Assembly: GCA_964432675.1 (NCBI GenBank) | Contig: CAYSOG010000006.1 | Span: 1,824 to 65,823, forward strand | Direction of reading: 5' to 3' | Length of the DNA: 64,000 nucleotides | Source: an uncultured Gammaproteobacteria bacterium | GTDB taxonomy: Bacteria; Patescibacteriota; Microgenomatia; CAYSOG01 | Shown here: positions 10,545 to 20,287 of the stretch, in pieces | Position numbering within the stretch: position 1 is the stretch's first letter | Layout of the letters: every line of letters starts with the position of its first letter | Made by a program: the position numbers and the translations under genes | The notes under the pieces: generated by a model | What the model was told of the DNA's origin: nothing | Seen by the model: the letters and a program-made list of their open reading frames with translations, nothing else | Databases searched by the model: none

Positions 10545-10797
10545 TACTTCTATGTTTAAGTATCTTAAGGAAATAGACCACCATAACCCAAAATAATATA
10601 TTCAAAGCATAATAACTAAAGGCAGAATTATAAGGATTTATGCATTTGCTAATAGGATATCCAGTAGGTTGACAAGAGCTAAATCCGGAAGGTGTGTTTG
10701 TTAAATATCCAATTATCATCTGTAGAAGCAAGCTCACAAGCCATAAAGCGATCCCGAGTATTATAAGAATAGCCAGTTTCTTCCAATTTAATTTCAT
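10534..10797 (-). CDS. Small two-TM membrane protein
   Basis: 87 aa, two hydrophobic helices, CQPTGYPISKC loop; starts 3 nt after the trpS stop. Confidence 0.65.
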   Translation of the reverse strand: MKLNWKKLAILIILGIALWLVSLLLQMIIGYLTNTPSGFSSCQPTGYPISKCINPYNSAFSYYALNILFWVMVVYFLKILKHRSTNK

Positions 10798-10800
10798 ATA

Positions 10801-11796
10801 TTAATACAACTTCATGGCTTCGCGGACGCGGGACATGGTTTTTTGGGCTTCGGTGAGGGCCTTTTGGTTACCGGCGTTTAGTACTTCATCGACGATACCC
10901 GATTTACCTTCAAATTCTTTACGGCGTTGGCGAATGGGGTCCAGAAAAGCGTTTATGGCTTCAACTAACTTTTGTTTTACTTCGGTATCCCCCACTTTGC
11001 CTTCGGTGTATCGCTTTTTTAAGTCTGCAACTTCTTCCTTGTTACTATTAAAGACATCGTGATATAGAAATACGGGGTTGCCTTCGACATGGCCAGGGTC
11101 GGTTGGGTGAATTCGGGTGGGATCAGTGTACATTGATTTTACTTTTTGCTCAACTTCTTCTTTGCTATCGGCTAAATAAATGGCATTATTGAGTGACTTG
11201 CTCATTTTGGCATTGCCGTCGGTACCAACTAATGAAGGGACATCCCCTACCATTGCTTCGGGGCGAACTAATGTGTCGCCGTAAATGCTATTAAATTTGT
11301 CGACAATTTCTTGGGTTTGTTCGATCATCGGCAGCTGGTCTTTCCCGACCGGCACCAAATTTGCACCGACAAAGGTAATGTCAGCGGCCTGGCTTACGGG
11401 GTACATGAAGAAACCTAACGGCACATTTTCTTCCATGCCTTTTTGTTTCATCTCGGTCTTGACTGTGGGGTTGCGGCCAAGTCTTGCTAAGGTAACTAAA
11501 TTAGCATAATAAACGGTCAGCTCAGCAATTTGGGGAATGCATGATTGTACAAAAATAGTTGCAATAGAAGGATCGATACCAACCGACAGATAATCGAGTA
11601 CAACTTCGCGAATATTATCGCGCACTTTTTCCGGGTGGTCGTAATTGTCAGTAAGTGCCTGGACATCAGCCAGCATAATATACGTTTCATATTCATGCTG
11701 CAGCTTTACCCGGTTCTGTAACGAGCCAACAAAATGTCCCAAATGAAGCCGGCCTGTTGGCCTATCACCAGTTAAAATTCTTTTTTTATCAGCCAT
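10801..11796 (-). CDS. trpS: Tryptophanyl-tRNA synthetase
   Basis: TGDRPTGRLHLGH (HIGH), YPVSQAADI, VPVGKDQ, KMSKS. Confidence 0.98.
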   Translation of the reverse strand: MADKKRILTGDRPTGRLHLGHFVGSLQNRVKLQHEYETYIMLADVQALTDNYDHPEKVRDNIREVVLDYLSVGIDPSIATIFVQSCIPQIAELTVYYANLVTLARLGRNPTVKTEMKQKGMEENVPLGFFMYPVSQAADITFVGANLVPVGKDQLPMIEQTQEIVDKFNSIYGDTLVRPEAMVGDVPSLVGTDGNAKMSKSLNNAIYLADSKEEVEQKVKSMYTDPTRIHPTDPGHVEGNPVFLYHDVFNSNKEEVADLKKRYTEGKVGDTEVKQKLVEAINAFLDPIRQRRKEFEGKSGIVDEVLNAGNQKALTEAQKTMSRVREAMKLY

Positions 11797-11810
11797 ATGT
11801 CATTTCCTTC

Positions 11811-11885
11811 TGTCATTCCGGCTTGGCCGGAACCCTTACTTTTTGTAAGGGTTGATCCTGGGTTGGCTTTGGTGCCAGGATGACG
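11811..11885. repeat. REP-like palindromic element overlapping the lspA 3' end
   Basis: GTCATTCCGGC..GCCGGAA CCCTTAC..GTAAGGG..CCTGG..CCAGGATGAC with GTCAT/ATGAC termini; similar elements at 59812 and 60147. Confidence 0.6.
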
Positions 11886-12301
11886 AAAAGTAAGGTACCA
11901 ACTACACCAATACTAATACAAGCATCGGCGACATTAAACGCGGGCCAGAATGGCACCTGAATAAAGTCTATCACATATCCTAAGCGCAATCGATCGATGA
12001 TATTGCTGATACCACCGCCTAAAATTAGCGCTAATAAAATACGGGATGCTACAGACGCTCTGCCCTGTTTTAATACAAACCAAATAACGCCACAAATAAT
12101 GAGCAGAGAGATAAAGGCAAATAATGAGTTATTATTGCCCAAAATACCAAACGTGCCACCGGAATTTTGGATAACCGGTAAGCTACTTGTTACAACAAAA
12201 TGTTTGGACAGTTGATCGAGGATAACCACCGTACTTGCAAAGGCAGCGAGAAAAATTGGTAGTGGCAAAATATTAACGTTTACCGTCTTTTTTAGTTTCA
12301 C
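11813..12301 (-). CDS. lspA: Lipoprotein signal peptidase II
   Basis: LDQLSK, QNSGGTFG, GGISNIIDR, VIDFI, FNVADACI. Confidence 0.93.
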   Translation of the reverse strand: MKLKKTVNVNILPLPIFLAAFASTVVILDQLSKHFVVTSSLPVIQNSGGTFGILGNNNSLFAFISLLIICGVIWFVLKQGRASVASRILLALILGGGISNIIDRLRLGYVIDFIQVPFWPAFNVADACISIGVVGTLLFVILAPKPTQDQPLQKVRVPAKPE

Positions 12302-12641
12302 AGCTTAAACAAAGGGTTGCCATTGGAAATACTTCGAGGCGCTTCGGGTCAATCGGCTTGCCACAATATTCACAAATACCATAGTTACCGATACCAAGTT
12401 TAGACATCGCCTTTTTTATTTGCGCCAGCAGCCGCTCTGACTCATTTATATTTGACTCAACCCGCCGGTGACCTTCTTCTTCCATTGATTCGGTGCCAGG
12501 TTCATCTAAAAAACTACGGTCATGATCAAGGAATGGGTCATCTTTTTTTAAGCGCGATAGTTGTTTTTCGATTAGGATTTTTTGCGATTCTAACGTTCTC
12601 TTTACTTTATCTAATGTTTCACTTGGCAAAGAAGTTTTCAT
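12273..12641 (-). CDS. TraR/DksA C4-type zinc finger protein
   Basis: Coiled coil then YGICEYCGKPIDPKRLEVFPMATLCLSC. Confidence 0.9.
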   Translation of the reverse strand: MKTSLPSETLDKVKRTLESQKILIEKQLSRLKKDDPFLDHDRSFLDEPGTESMEEEGHRRVESNINESERLLAQIKKAMSKLGIGNYGICEYCGKPIDPKRLEVFPMATLCLSCETKKDGKR

Positions 12642-12668
12642 AAGTAATATTCTCTCACTTTCTTATAT

Positions 12669-13454
12669 TCAGGATTGACGTATTTCAGTTGTGCTCATTG
12701 GCGGCGGCACAACAGCAAGTGTGGATCGTCTTGGCGTTTTGTACCAATATAATAAGCAAATACCAATTGCGATTATACTCAAAACCCACTGGCTTCGTAT
12801 CCCAGCCCAGTATACACTGTCACCCCGTAAAAATTCAATTAAAACTCGTGCCAGAGCATAGACAAAAATATACAGCAATGCAACATAGCCTTTTTTGTGT
12901 GAGCGATGGATAATTTGCAAACAAATTAGGAATAAGAGAAGTTCAATCAAGGCTTCAAATAGCTGGACTGGATGCCGTTTCCCTTCGAGACCCACAACCA
13001 TTGTACCCCAAACTAACGTGGTCTTAGCACCATAAGCTGAGCCCGCCAAAAAAGCACCAATTAGGCCAATGGCATGACTAATGGCCACGGTCACCGCTGC
13101 TCTATCTAATATATTACCTACCGCGATGTGCTGGGATCGGTAATACCACACGAGCCCTAGCGTACCACCGCCTAAGGCTCCCCACCAGATAAAACCCGGC
13201 CGAGTAAATATATCTATGACACTAAAAAGATGGGGCCAGAATAAATTAAGATGCAGTAGAACAAAAAGCAGCCGTGCGCCAATAAATCCGCTCATCACAC
13301 TAACTAAAAGGCCATCAAATACCTGTTCGATTGAAATGGATTGCTTTCTTACTAGTTCCCAAAACGTAAAGGTACCAGTAACAAAACTGACCGCTGCAAA
13401 AAGGCCAAAACTATAAAGCGTTAGGGGGCCTAAACGGAAAAGTATCGGCAACAT
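12669..13454 (-). CDS. lgt: Prolipoprotein diacylglyceryl transferase
   Basis: PILFRLGP, GARLLFV, GFIWWGAL, RHPVQLFEA, RVLIEFLRGD. Confidence 0.9.
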   Translation of the reverse strand: MLPILFRLGPLTLYSFGLFAAVSFVTGTFTFWELVRKQSISIEQVFDGLLVSVMSGFIGARLLFVLLHLNLFWPHLFSVIDIFTRPGFIWWGALGGGTLGLVWYYRSQHIAVGNILDRAAVTVAISHAIGLIGAFLAGSAYGAKTTLVWGTMVVGLEGKRHPVQLFEALIELLLFLICLQIIHRSHKKGYVALLYIFVYALARVLIEFLRGDSVYWAGIRSQWVLSIIAIGICLLYWYKTPRRSTLAVVPPPMSTTEIRQS

Positions 13455-13615
13455 GGTTCACAGTATACCACGATAAAACTACCCGAAGGCAAATCGAAAG
13501 TTGCTAAACAGCAAATGCCAAGTATTTGATAAATAATACCAATTTCGCTTGTTGACAAATTGGGATACGTGCTATAGTAGGAACAGTCCCGGAACCTTAG
13601 AGTGGGGCTTTCTTT

Positions 13616-14083
13616 ATGTTAGCGACACCGCACGCGTTAGTCGGCGCGATTATTGCTTCGAAAGTTCATAATCCAGCATTGGGTATTCCCATTGCCTTTT
13701 TTTCCCACTTTTTGTTTGACTTAGTCCCCCATTGGGACTGGGGCTGGCATCCTAATGAAGTCGTTAGTCGTATTACAAATCCAGCAAAAAGGAACACCAT
13801 CTTTTGGGAATCGGTTGCTGATGTTATTTTTGGTTTTGTGCTGTCGTATCTAGTATTTGGACAATCGATTGGTCCTGTTTACTTATTTGCAATGATTATC
13901 GCAGCCCAGGGGCCTGATTGGCTTTGTATGCCATCGTGGTTATTGCATATTGATGTATGGCCAGTTAAATTAGTCTGCCAAGTGCAACACAAATTTCAGC
14001 GCCATGCAAAATTACCTTGGGGAATTCTCAACCAGATAGCCGCAGTTGCGGGGTTTGGCATTTTAATGCACTTGTTGTTTTAG
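13616..14083 (+). CDS. Membrane protein, metal-dependent hydrolase-like
   Basis: TPHALVG...SHFLFDLVPHWD...PD motifs with TM helices. Confidence 0.7.
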   Translation: MLATPHALVGAIIASKVHNPALGIPIAFFSHFLFDLVPHWDWGWHPNEVVSRITNPAKRNTIFWESVADVIFGFVLSYLVFGQSIGPVYLFAMIIAAQGPDWLCMPSWLLHIDVWPVKLVCQVQHKFQRHAKLPWGILNQIAAVAGFGILMHLLF

Positions 14084-14109
14084 CTCTAGTCTATTAATCA
14101 AAATTCTAG

Positions 14110-14153
14110 AAAAAACGCCCTCTTCGGTTTATCCGAAAAAGGGCGTTAAAAAA
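14110..14153. terminator. Terminator hairpin between convergent genes
   Basis: AACGCCC-TCTTCGG-TTTAT-CCGAAAA-AGGGCGTT flanked by A-tracts. Confidence 0.75.
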
Positions 14154-14175
14154 TTTCATCTGGCCTACCGATCCC

Positions 14176-14433
14176 TTATCGCAACCGTATTTTATCTGCA
14201 CGACCTAATGCCCAGATAACAAACGGTACTGCAACGCAACTGCCTGCCACTAATCCAAAACCCTGAGAATTTGCTACTATCATGGCTAAGATGAATGCAA
14301 CGATAAACAGCAATACGCCAACAATATGTATACCTAATATGGCCAGTGCGAACAGAAATAGCTCTAAGAGATACCGGGCGATCTGCTGCCTAATGTTAGA
14401 CCATGTTAAACTGGGTGATTCCGATGCATCCAC
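14176..14433 (-). CDS. Small hydrophobic membrane protein
   Basis: 85 aa, GTG start with GAGGTGAGG upstream, 2-3 TM segments. Confidence 0.55.
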   Translation of the reverse strand: MDASESPSLTWSNIRQQIARYLLELFLFALAILGIHIVGVLLFIVAFILAMIVANSQGFGLVAGSCVAVPFVIWALGRADKIRLR

Positions 14434-14489
14434 GCCTCACCTCATTCTGAAGTTTTATACATATTGGTATTTAAGGAGCAACGCGCACG

Positions 14490-15050
14490 TTACTTTACCC
14501 GCTCGACGTACGCACCTGTCCGGGTATCGACTTTCACAATGTCACCATCTTTAATAAACAGGGGTACGTCAACTTCAACACCATTTTCTAGCTGGGCTTT
14601 TTTCCAAACATTAGAAACAGAATTACCACGAATACCAGCACCTGCTGTTGTAACTTTTAGCTCAACACTTTTTGGTATTTCAACAGCTACAGGCTCGTCG
14701 TTGACTAGCTGGATTGTGGCTTCCATACCTTCCTTCAAAAACTTGGCACTGTCACCGAGTAACTTTTTGGAGACCTCAAATTGGTCAAAAGTGCTACTGT
14801 CCATAAACACTATTGCATCGCCACTTTCGTAAAGATAAGTGCCTTTGCGCTTTTCCGTAGAAACTTCCTGCACTCTTGCCCCGGTAATAAATGACCGCTC
14901 AACGGTTGCGCCGGAACGAATATTTCTGACCTTTACCTTAATATTGCCCGATCCCCTCCCCTGTTTGACATGTTCGTACGACAATACAACGAAGAGTTGG
15001 CCACCTTCTTCAAATAATACACCGTTTCTTAGTTCTGTAACGTTTATCAT
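14490..15050 (-). CDS. efp: Elongation factor P
   Basis: EHVKQGRGSG, YLY, FMDSSTFDQ, VDVPLFIKDGDIVKVDTRTGAYVER. Confidence 0.97.
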   Translation of the reverse strand: MINVTELRNGVLFEEGGQLFVVLSYEHVKQGRGSGNIKVKVRNIRSGATVERSFITGARVQEVSTEKRKGTYLYESGDAIVFMDSSTFDQFEVSKKLLGDSAKFLKEGMEATIQLVNDEPVAVEIPKSVELKVTTAGAGIRGNSVSNVWKKAQLENGVEVDVPLFIKDGDIVKVDTRTGAYVERVK

Positions 15051-15340
15051 TGTTGTAATTGTAAAGGAAGCGGCGTTGCGCCGCGTAAGTTAACATTGTC
15101 TGGCAGTGAAAGCGGTGACGCCAATATAGCCGAGTTCGTGCTTATGTTTGGCACACCTGATACTTGAGAGACCTGTGCCTGTGATTTACCAATCGAAAAA
15201 CCAATAACCGTAAAGAGTATTGCACCAGCAGCAAAACCGTAGACGAAAATTCTATTGCGATAAGCAGACTGGCTTTTAATTTCCTTTTTCTTTTGTTCTA
15301 AAAGCTTGCGTTCTAATTTTAACCGTTCAATTTTGCCCAT
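15047..15340 (-). CDS. Hypothetical single-TM protein, coupled to efp
   Basis: Basic N-terminus, one TM, ATGA overlap with efp; TATAAT 7 nt before ATG. Confidence 0.7.
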   Translation of the reverse strand: MGKIERLKLERKLLEQKKKEIKSQSAYRNRIFVYGFAAGAILFTVIGFSIGKSQAQVSQVSGVPNISTNSAILASPLSLPDNVNLRGATPLPLQLQQ

Positions 15341-15414
15341 CGGGAATATTATAACGGCCTAACTGGTAAATATCTAGCGTGTTGTGAATAATTTAGATGA
15401 TATAGACAGAAGGG

Positions 15415-16110
15415 TTACCGACCGAAGCGCCGTTGCCGATGCATAAACTCGTCTACAATGTTTTCAATATCTGCGGCTGATAAATCGGGAAAATATTTAT
15501 CAGGATAAAAATACTCGGCATACGCGGCTTGCCAAAGCATAAAACCCGATGTTCTCTGCTCACCACTTGTCCGAATAACTATGTCAGGCAATGGGTATGG
15601 CTCATCTTTCGTATCAAGATATTGTAAAAATGATTCTTCAGTTAGATCTTTAAGGTTTTTACCAGCTGCAGTAATCTTTTTGACAGCGCGCAAAATTTCA
15701 TCCCTGCCACCATAATCAAGTGCAATATTTAAAAAGAACTTTGTAAAATGCTTTGTTTTCTCTTCAATTGCGGCAATTTTATCCATTAACTCTTTGGGTA
15801 GACGGTCACTACGGCCCAAATGGACCACTCGAACTTCGTCTTTCATGGCATCTTTCGCCAATTGGTCAAAAAATCCCATGCCAAGCTTAACGAGATAGGT
15901 AATCTCTTCCTCACTCCTACTCCAGTTCTCGGTTGAAAAAGCCCAAAACGTTAAGGTTGAAATGCCCATGGCACGAATTTTACGTGCTAATTCGGTAGCC
16001 TTATTAGCACCTCTTCGATGGCCTTCCAAATTAGGAAGATTATGTTGCTTGGCCCACCGGCGATTACCGTCGGGAATAATAGCAATGTGGTGTGGAAAAT
16101 TATTTGTCAT
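15415..16110 (-). CDS. uppS: Undecaprenyl diphosphate synthase (cis-prenyltransferase)
   Basis: HIAIIPDGNRRWA, AFSTENWSRS, YGGRDEI, IRTSGEQRTSGF. Confidence 0.97.
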   Translation of the reverse strand: MTNNFPHHIAIIPDGNRRWAKQHNLPNLEGHRRGANKATELARKIRAMGISTLTFWAFSTENWSRSEEEITYLVKLGMGFFDQLAKDAMKDEVRVVHLGRSDRLPKELMDKIAAIEEKTKHFTKFFLNIALDYGGRDEILRAVKKITAAGKNLKDLTEESFLQYLDTKDEPYPLPDIVIRTSGEQRTSGFMLWQAAYAEYFYPDKYFPDLSAADIENIVDEFMHRQRRFGR

Positions 16111-16166
16111 GGGTTATACCATAGGTCAACCATACCCTGCCTACGGATTATAGTTCTGCTAGATGC

Positions 16167-16673
16167 CTATTCCTGATCTTCTAAATCGAGCCTCCAGGCT
16201 TGTAAACCTGCAATTGTTAACTCACAGAAAAGTGTGGCACCATTTTCTCTTTTTAATATTACACTATCTTTTTCAGGGTGAGAAGTATCTTTTCGCACTA
16301 CCCTATTCATAAACTCAAGGGCTTCGTACAATACTTCGGTATCGGCGCCGGTTAAGAGGTCACGAATCATCACCGAACGAAGCCGTGGGATATCCTGCAT
16401 ACCAATTTCACGCGGACGTAAAATTGGCTCGTGGTCTTTGCCGTCCCAATTGAATACTTCGGGCTTCCGTATACCTGGCGTTCCATCGTCGAAAAAGCCA
16501 TCTACCTCATCAGCAATAGCATTGACCTTTGGCGTTTCTACCATCGTCACGGGCCTTCGAACGATCGTTTCAGTTTGCAACCGAGACGCTCTTGCCGAGG
16601 CTTGCGACAGTGCATCTAAATAGCGCTCGCGGCTTGATCTTTTATTGTTTTTAGATTTTTTGCGTTCTGGCAT
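16167..16673 (-). CDS. Hypothetical protein
   Basis: ORF from MPERKK, TATAAT shortly upstream. Confidence 0.6.
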   Translation of the reverse strand: MPERKKSKNNKRSSRERYLDALSQASARASRLQTETIVRRPVTMVETPKVNAIADEVDGFFDDGTPGIRKPEVFNWDGKDHEPILRPREIGMQDIPRLRSVMIRDLLTGADTEVLYEALEFMNRVVRKDTSHPEKDSVILKRENGATLFCELTIAGLQAWRLDLEDQE

Positions 16674-16802
16674 ACTCTTCCCTCTATTATACCGAAGGTA
16701 ATGTGTGTTTACTAACACGATTATACGGCAGTGCATAAGTATACTGCAGCGTGCAATCTTAGGGCAAGTAGGAATAACGCGGCTCGAAAATGGTATAACC
16801 TA

Positions 16803-18146
16803 TCAAAAAAGGGTCACACCAGTAAAATGGAATTTACTAATATGCATTGCAGGAACTAAATATGCACCGCCCCAGCTGCCTTGCAACGATACATCTTTGC
16901 CAAGATCGACAATATGTAAGAATGCGTCGGGAATGGATTGGGTAAATCGCATATTTTTAACTGGCGCTACAATTTCACCATTTTCAATTAAAAATGTGCC
17001 GTCCCTGGTCATGCCAGTCACGTTTAAAAGCATGGGATGCAGCATACGAATATACCAAAATCGAGTGATATAAATACCCCGCTTAACTGAAGCGACCATC
17101 TCATCAACAGATTTAGTGCCTGGTTGGAACGACAAGTGAAGCGGTATTGGACCATAGGTATTTGGCGCTGGAAGCGCATGGCCGGTATTTTGCTGTTTGT
17201 ACTTGTTGGCAGTATAGCTATCGTAGCAAATATGTGAAGCCACACCCTGCTCAACCAGCGGAAGGGCCTTTTTGGGATACCCTTCAAAATCAAACGGTAT
17301 TGGCATACCTTCTTCAGCAAGCGGATCGTCTGTTATTGATAATTTATCCGAATACAACTTCTCACCCAAATGGCCGGTAAGGTGTGACGAGCCTTCATAA
17401 AATACCCTGGCATTTGGCCCAAGCATAGCATAGAAAAACAAAAACTCCCCGGCTAAGGCATTTGGTTCAAGAATTACTTCATACTCCCCAGCTTTGAGCG
17501 CGATTGGTTTTTTTGGAAAAGCGGCTTTCGCTATTGCCGTATCAGCAATTTTTTCTGGATCAAGCTTTTGGATATCTTTTTCGTATTGCGAAGCGAAGCC
17601 CGTTTTATCGCTGCCGGTTAAAACTGTTGAAAAGTCGCTCGCCGTTTGAGCATGATACCCCCAAACACCTAATGAATTACCAATACAAATTTCGCCGACC
17701 GTTGTATCGAGGGCACCAGCTGCAATTAACTTTTTATCTTGCGACATATCGATAACAGTTTTTACCATCTTGGCCTGAACTTGTGGGTCTGCGCCTGCGG
17801 TATTTTGCACAAAGGCACCTTTTATCACTGGTAGCGTTTGTGGCTGTGGTAAAGATACAAAATGAGGGTCTTCCTGCTGCAGCAATGCAATTTCGTATGC
17901 TTCTTGCGCTGTTTTCGCAAGAGAATGCTTATCGAGTTTATTTGTAGAAGCGACACCAATTTTCTTCCCCACAATAGCGCGGACACTAATACTTGAATCT
18001 TCATACCCCATGTTCTGGTGAATTTGGGAATTCGCAAACCGCGTTAAATGATGGTTCGTCGTCGAAATAAGAACCTCAGTCTGGTCGGCTCGACTTGATT
18101 TAAGTACCGTATCGGTAATTCGTTTTAATTTTGTTTCACCTATCAT
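16803..18146 (-). CDS. pmbA: TldE/PmbA family protein
   Basis: LTRFANSQIHQN, FDFEGYP, NTGHA, TGMTRDGTFLIENG, PVKNMRF; no HExxH. Confidence 0.9.
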   Translation of the reverse strand: MIGETKLKRITDTVLKSSRADQTEVLISTTNHHLTRFANSQIHQNMGYEDSSISVRAIVGKKIGVASTNKLDKHSLAKTAQEAYEIALLQQEDPHFVSLPQPQTLPVIKGAFVQNTAGADPQVQAKMVKTVIDMSQDKKLIAAGALDTTVGEICIGNSLGVWGYHAQTASDFSTVLTGSDKTGFASQYEKDIQKLDPEKIADTAIAKAAFPKKPIALKAGEYEVILEPNALAGEFLFFYAMLGPNARVFYEGSSHLTGHLGEKLYSDKLSITDDPLAEEGMPIPFDFEGYPKKALPLVEQGVASHICYDSYTANKYKQQNTGHALPAPNTYGPIPLHLSFQPGTKSVDEMVASVKRGIYITRFWYIRMLHPMLLNVTGMTRDGTFLIENGEIVAPVKNMRFTQSIPDAFLHIVDLGKDVSLQGSWGGAYLVPAMHISKFHFTGVTLF

Positions 18147-18709
18147 AATTTCAATTCGCGACGCAATTTTTCTAAATGCAGTTGCCGTGTATAAAGGTCG
18201 TGGGCATAAATGCCTCCAACAAGAAAATCTGATGTATCGTCGTTTGCAATAAACGCAAAAATCAGATACGGATCAATATCGGGATTTTTCATAATATCTG
18301 GTACGACAATCTCAGGAAATTCGTCACTATGCATATTAAATCCCAATCTACCCCTAGTTGTTGTAACGACTGAAATATCTGGCTTCACTGATTGCCCTGG
18401 TGGCCATTCGGCAAGGTAGGCATCCACAAGGGCATCGGAAACCTCTGGAATCGGAATACCGTCTGATCGCAATGACGCAACACAAAGCTCAAAACATTTC
18501 GCGCCCTTAAGCAATTGCATATGTTCACGTTCTGTAGCATCAAAGCATTCCGCTTTTATTAGCCTTGCTAACGGACTAGAAACGCTTACTTCCTCAGGTT
18601 TCATCCAGCCTGCACTGTTAACCTGTCGAATGCTTTCCTTAATAATCTTTGGCGCAATTGGCCCAATGTTATCTGGCAAGGGTCTTTCTATAGGATCACG
18701 ATCTACCAT
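18143..18709 (-). CDS. Hypothetical protein between tldD and tldE
   Basis: 188 aa ORF overlapping the tldD stop and the tldE start. Confidence 0.65.
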   Translation of the reverse strand: MVDRDPIERPLPDNIGPIAPKIIKESIRQVNSAGWMKPEEVSVSSPLARLIKAECFDATEREHMQLLKGAKCFELCVASLRSDGIPIPEVSDALVDAYLAEWPPGQSVKPDISVVTTTRGRLGFNMHSDEFPEIVVPDIMKNPDIDPYLIFAFIANDDTSDFLVGGIYAHDLYTRQLHLEKLRRELKL

Positions 18710-20157
18710 TTCCCTACCCCCACTTGTATGCCACGGAATCTGGCCGGTGATGCACCGTGGCCGGTGTGGGCGCTTTGCAAAGGTTGGCCCTTACCACAAT
18801 TTGGCAATCCCCATAGTGTCCATTGCGTTTCGTTGCAAACGGCATCACAGGCGTTCCAAAACTGCGGTGTGATGCCCGTGTATGTCGGATTTTTATACAT
18901 TTTGCCGAGTTTGCCGTTTTTAATTTCGTATGCAATTTCGCAACCAAATTGGAAATTCAAGCGCCGGTCATCAATTGACCAGCTTCTATTATTTTCCATA
19001 AAGATGCCATTTTTTGTATCGGCAACCAGTTCATCAAAGTCCCACTCACCTGGTTCTAAACTAATATTTGTCATACGGATTAACGGAATCTTTGACCAGC
19101 CGTCCGCCCTGGCAGTGCCATTTGAAGCTTTGTTACCAATTTGTATAGCCGTTTCCCGGTCGGAAATAAAATCAACAAGCACACCTTTGTCGACTAAGAC
19201 AGTACGCTGTGCTGCTACTCCCTCATCGTCCCAACCGAAGGTGCCTAATCCAGTGGGTTTGGTCGCATCTGCCACAATCGTCACCTTATCGGAACCATAG
19301 TGCAGTTTGCCTCGGTCTTGCGGGCTAATAAAACTCGTACCGGCAAAACTGGCCTCGTAGCCCAAAACACGATCAAGTTCCGTGGCATGGCCCGCACTTT
19401 CATGGATCTGCAATGCCAGCTGCCGTGAGCCAAGAATAATATCAAATGTGCCAGAAGGACATTGCTCAGCAGTGAGCAACTGAACTGCTTCTTCACCTAC
19501 CTTTGCGGCATTACTTGGTAAATCCATCGCTCGGATTAATTCGTATCCGCCAGTTTGGAACTGGCCGCCGGCGAATTTAGGGTACGTCCGGTTTTGGACA
19601 TCGCCTTCACTTATCGCCGTGGCTTCTACACCGCCACCAACTTCTGTAATAACTTGTTCGATGTAGCTGCCCTCAGTTGAGGCAAACGTCTTTTCTTCCT
19701 TAAATACTTGCATCGCGGCTTGGGAAACCTTTACTTTGTCATTAACCCGTAAGGCTTTATCTGCACTAAGCAAAAGCTCAATTTTTTCAGCCAATGGAAT
19801 AGCAAACGGGTCTTCCTTCACCGGCGTATGATAGCGACCATTTTTAATTACTGGCGTTTTCGCTAAGATAACATTATTTTTGCGGGCCAGAGAAGACGCC
19901 TTGGCGATAGCAATTGCGCGCCGCACAACCGCTTCCTGTGATCGTTTGGAAAAATCGTTACTCGCAGCAAATCCCCAAGCGCCGTTAACCAGCACCCGAA
20001 CGCCAAATCCTTCGTCTTCCGAGGAAGCGACAGCTTCAACAATACCATCTTTCGTCGCTAGTTCTTCCTGGGTGCGTTTTGATTTTCGAACATCGGCATA
20101 ACTCGCTCCGCCGACTTTTGCGCTATCTAAAAGATTATTTATTGCAGTTTTGTCCAT
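18703..20157 (-). CDS. tldD: TldD metalloprotease
   Basis: GFGVRVL, IHESAGHATELD, WDDEG, PLIRMTN, CGKGQP; start MDKTA. Confidence 0.94.
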   Translation of the reverse strand: MDKTAINNLLDSAKVGGASYADVRKSKRTQEELATKDGIVEAVASSEDEGFGVRVLVNGAWGFAASNDFSKRSQEAVVRRAIAIAKASSLARKNNVILAKTPVIKNGRYHTPVKEDPFAIPLAEKIELLLSADKALRVNDKVKVSQAAMQVFKEEKTFASTEGSYIEQVITEVGGGVEATAISEGDVQNRTYPKFAGGQFQTGGYELIRAMDLPSNAAKVGEEAVQLLTAEQCPSGTFDIILGSRQLALQIHESAGHATELDRVLGYEASFAGTSFISPQDRGKLHYGSDKVTIVADATKPTGLGTFGWDDEGVAAQRTVLVDKGVLVDFISDRETAIQIGNKASNGTARADGWSKIPLIRMTNISLEPGEWDFDELVADTKNGIFMENNRSWSIDDRRLNFQFGCEIAYEIKNGKLGKMYKNPTYTGITPQFWNACDAVCNETQWTLWGLPNCGKGQPLQSAHTGHGASPARFRGIQVGVGKW

Positions 20158-20287
20158 TTTATTTTCTCTAGCGCAGATTGTAACAATCTTTGCAAAATAC
20201 CGCAATCACCGAGCATAGATCATCAGATCTTGACTTTCATTATGCGCCATTTTAAGCTAATGGTAATATTACAAGGGATTTGCAATT

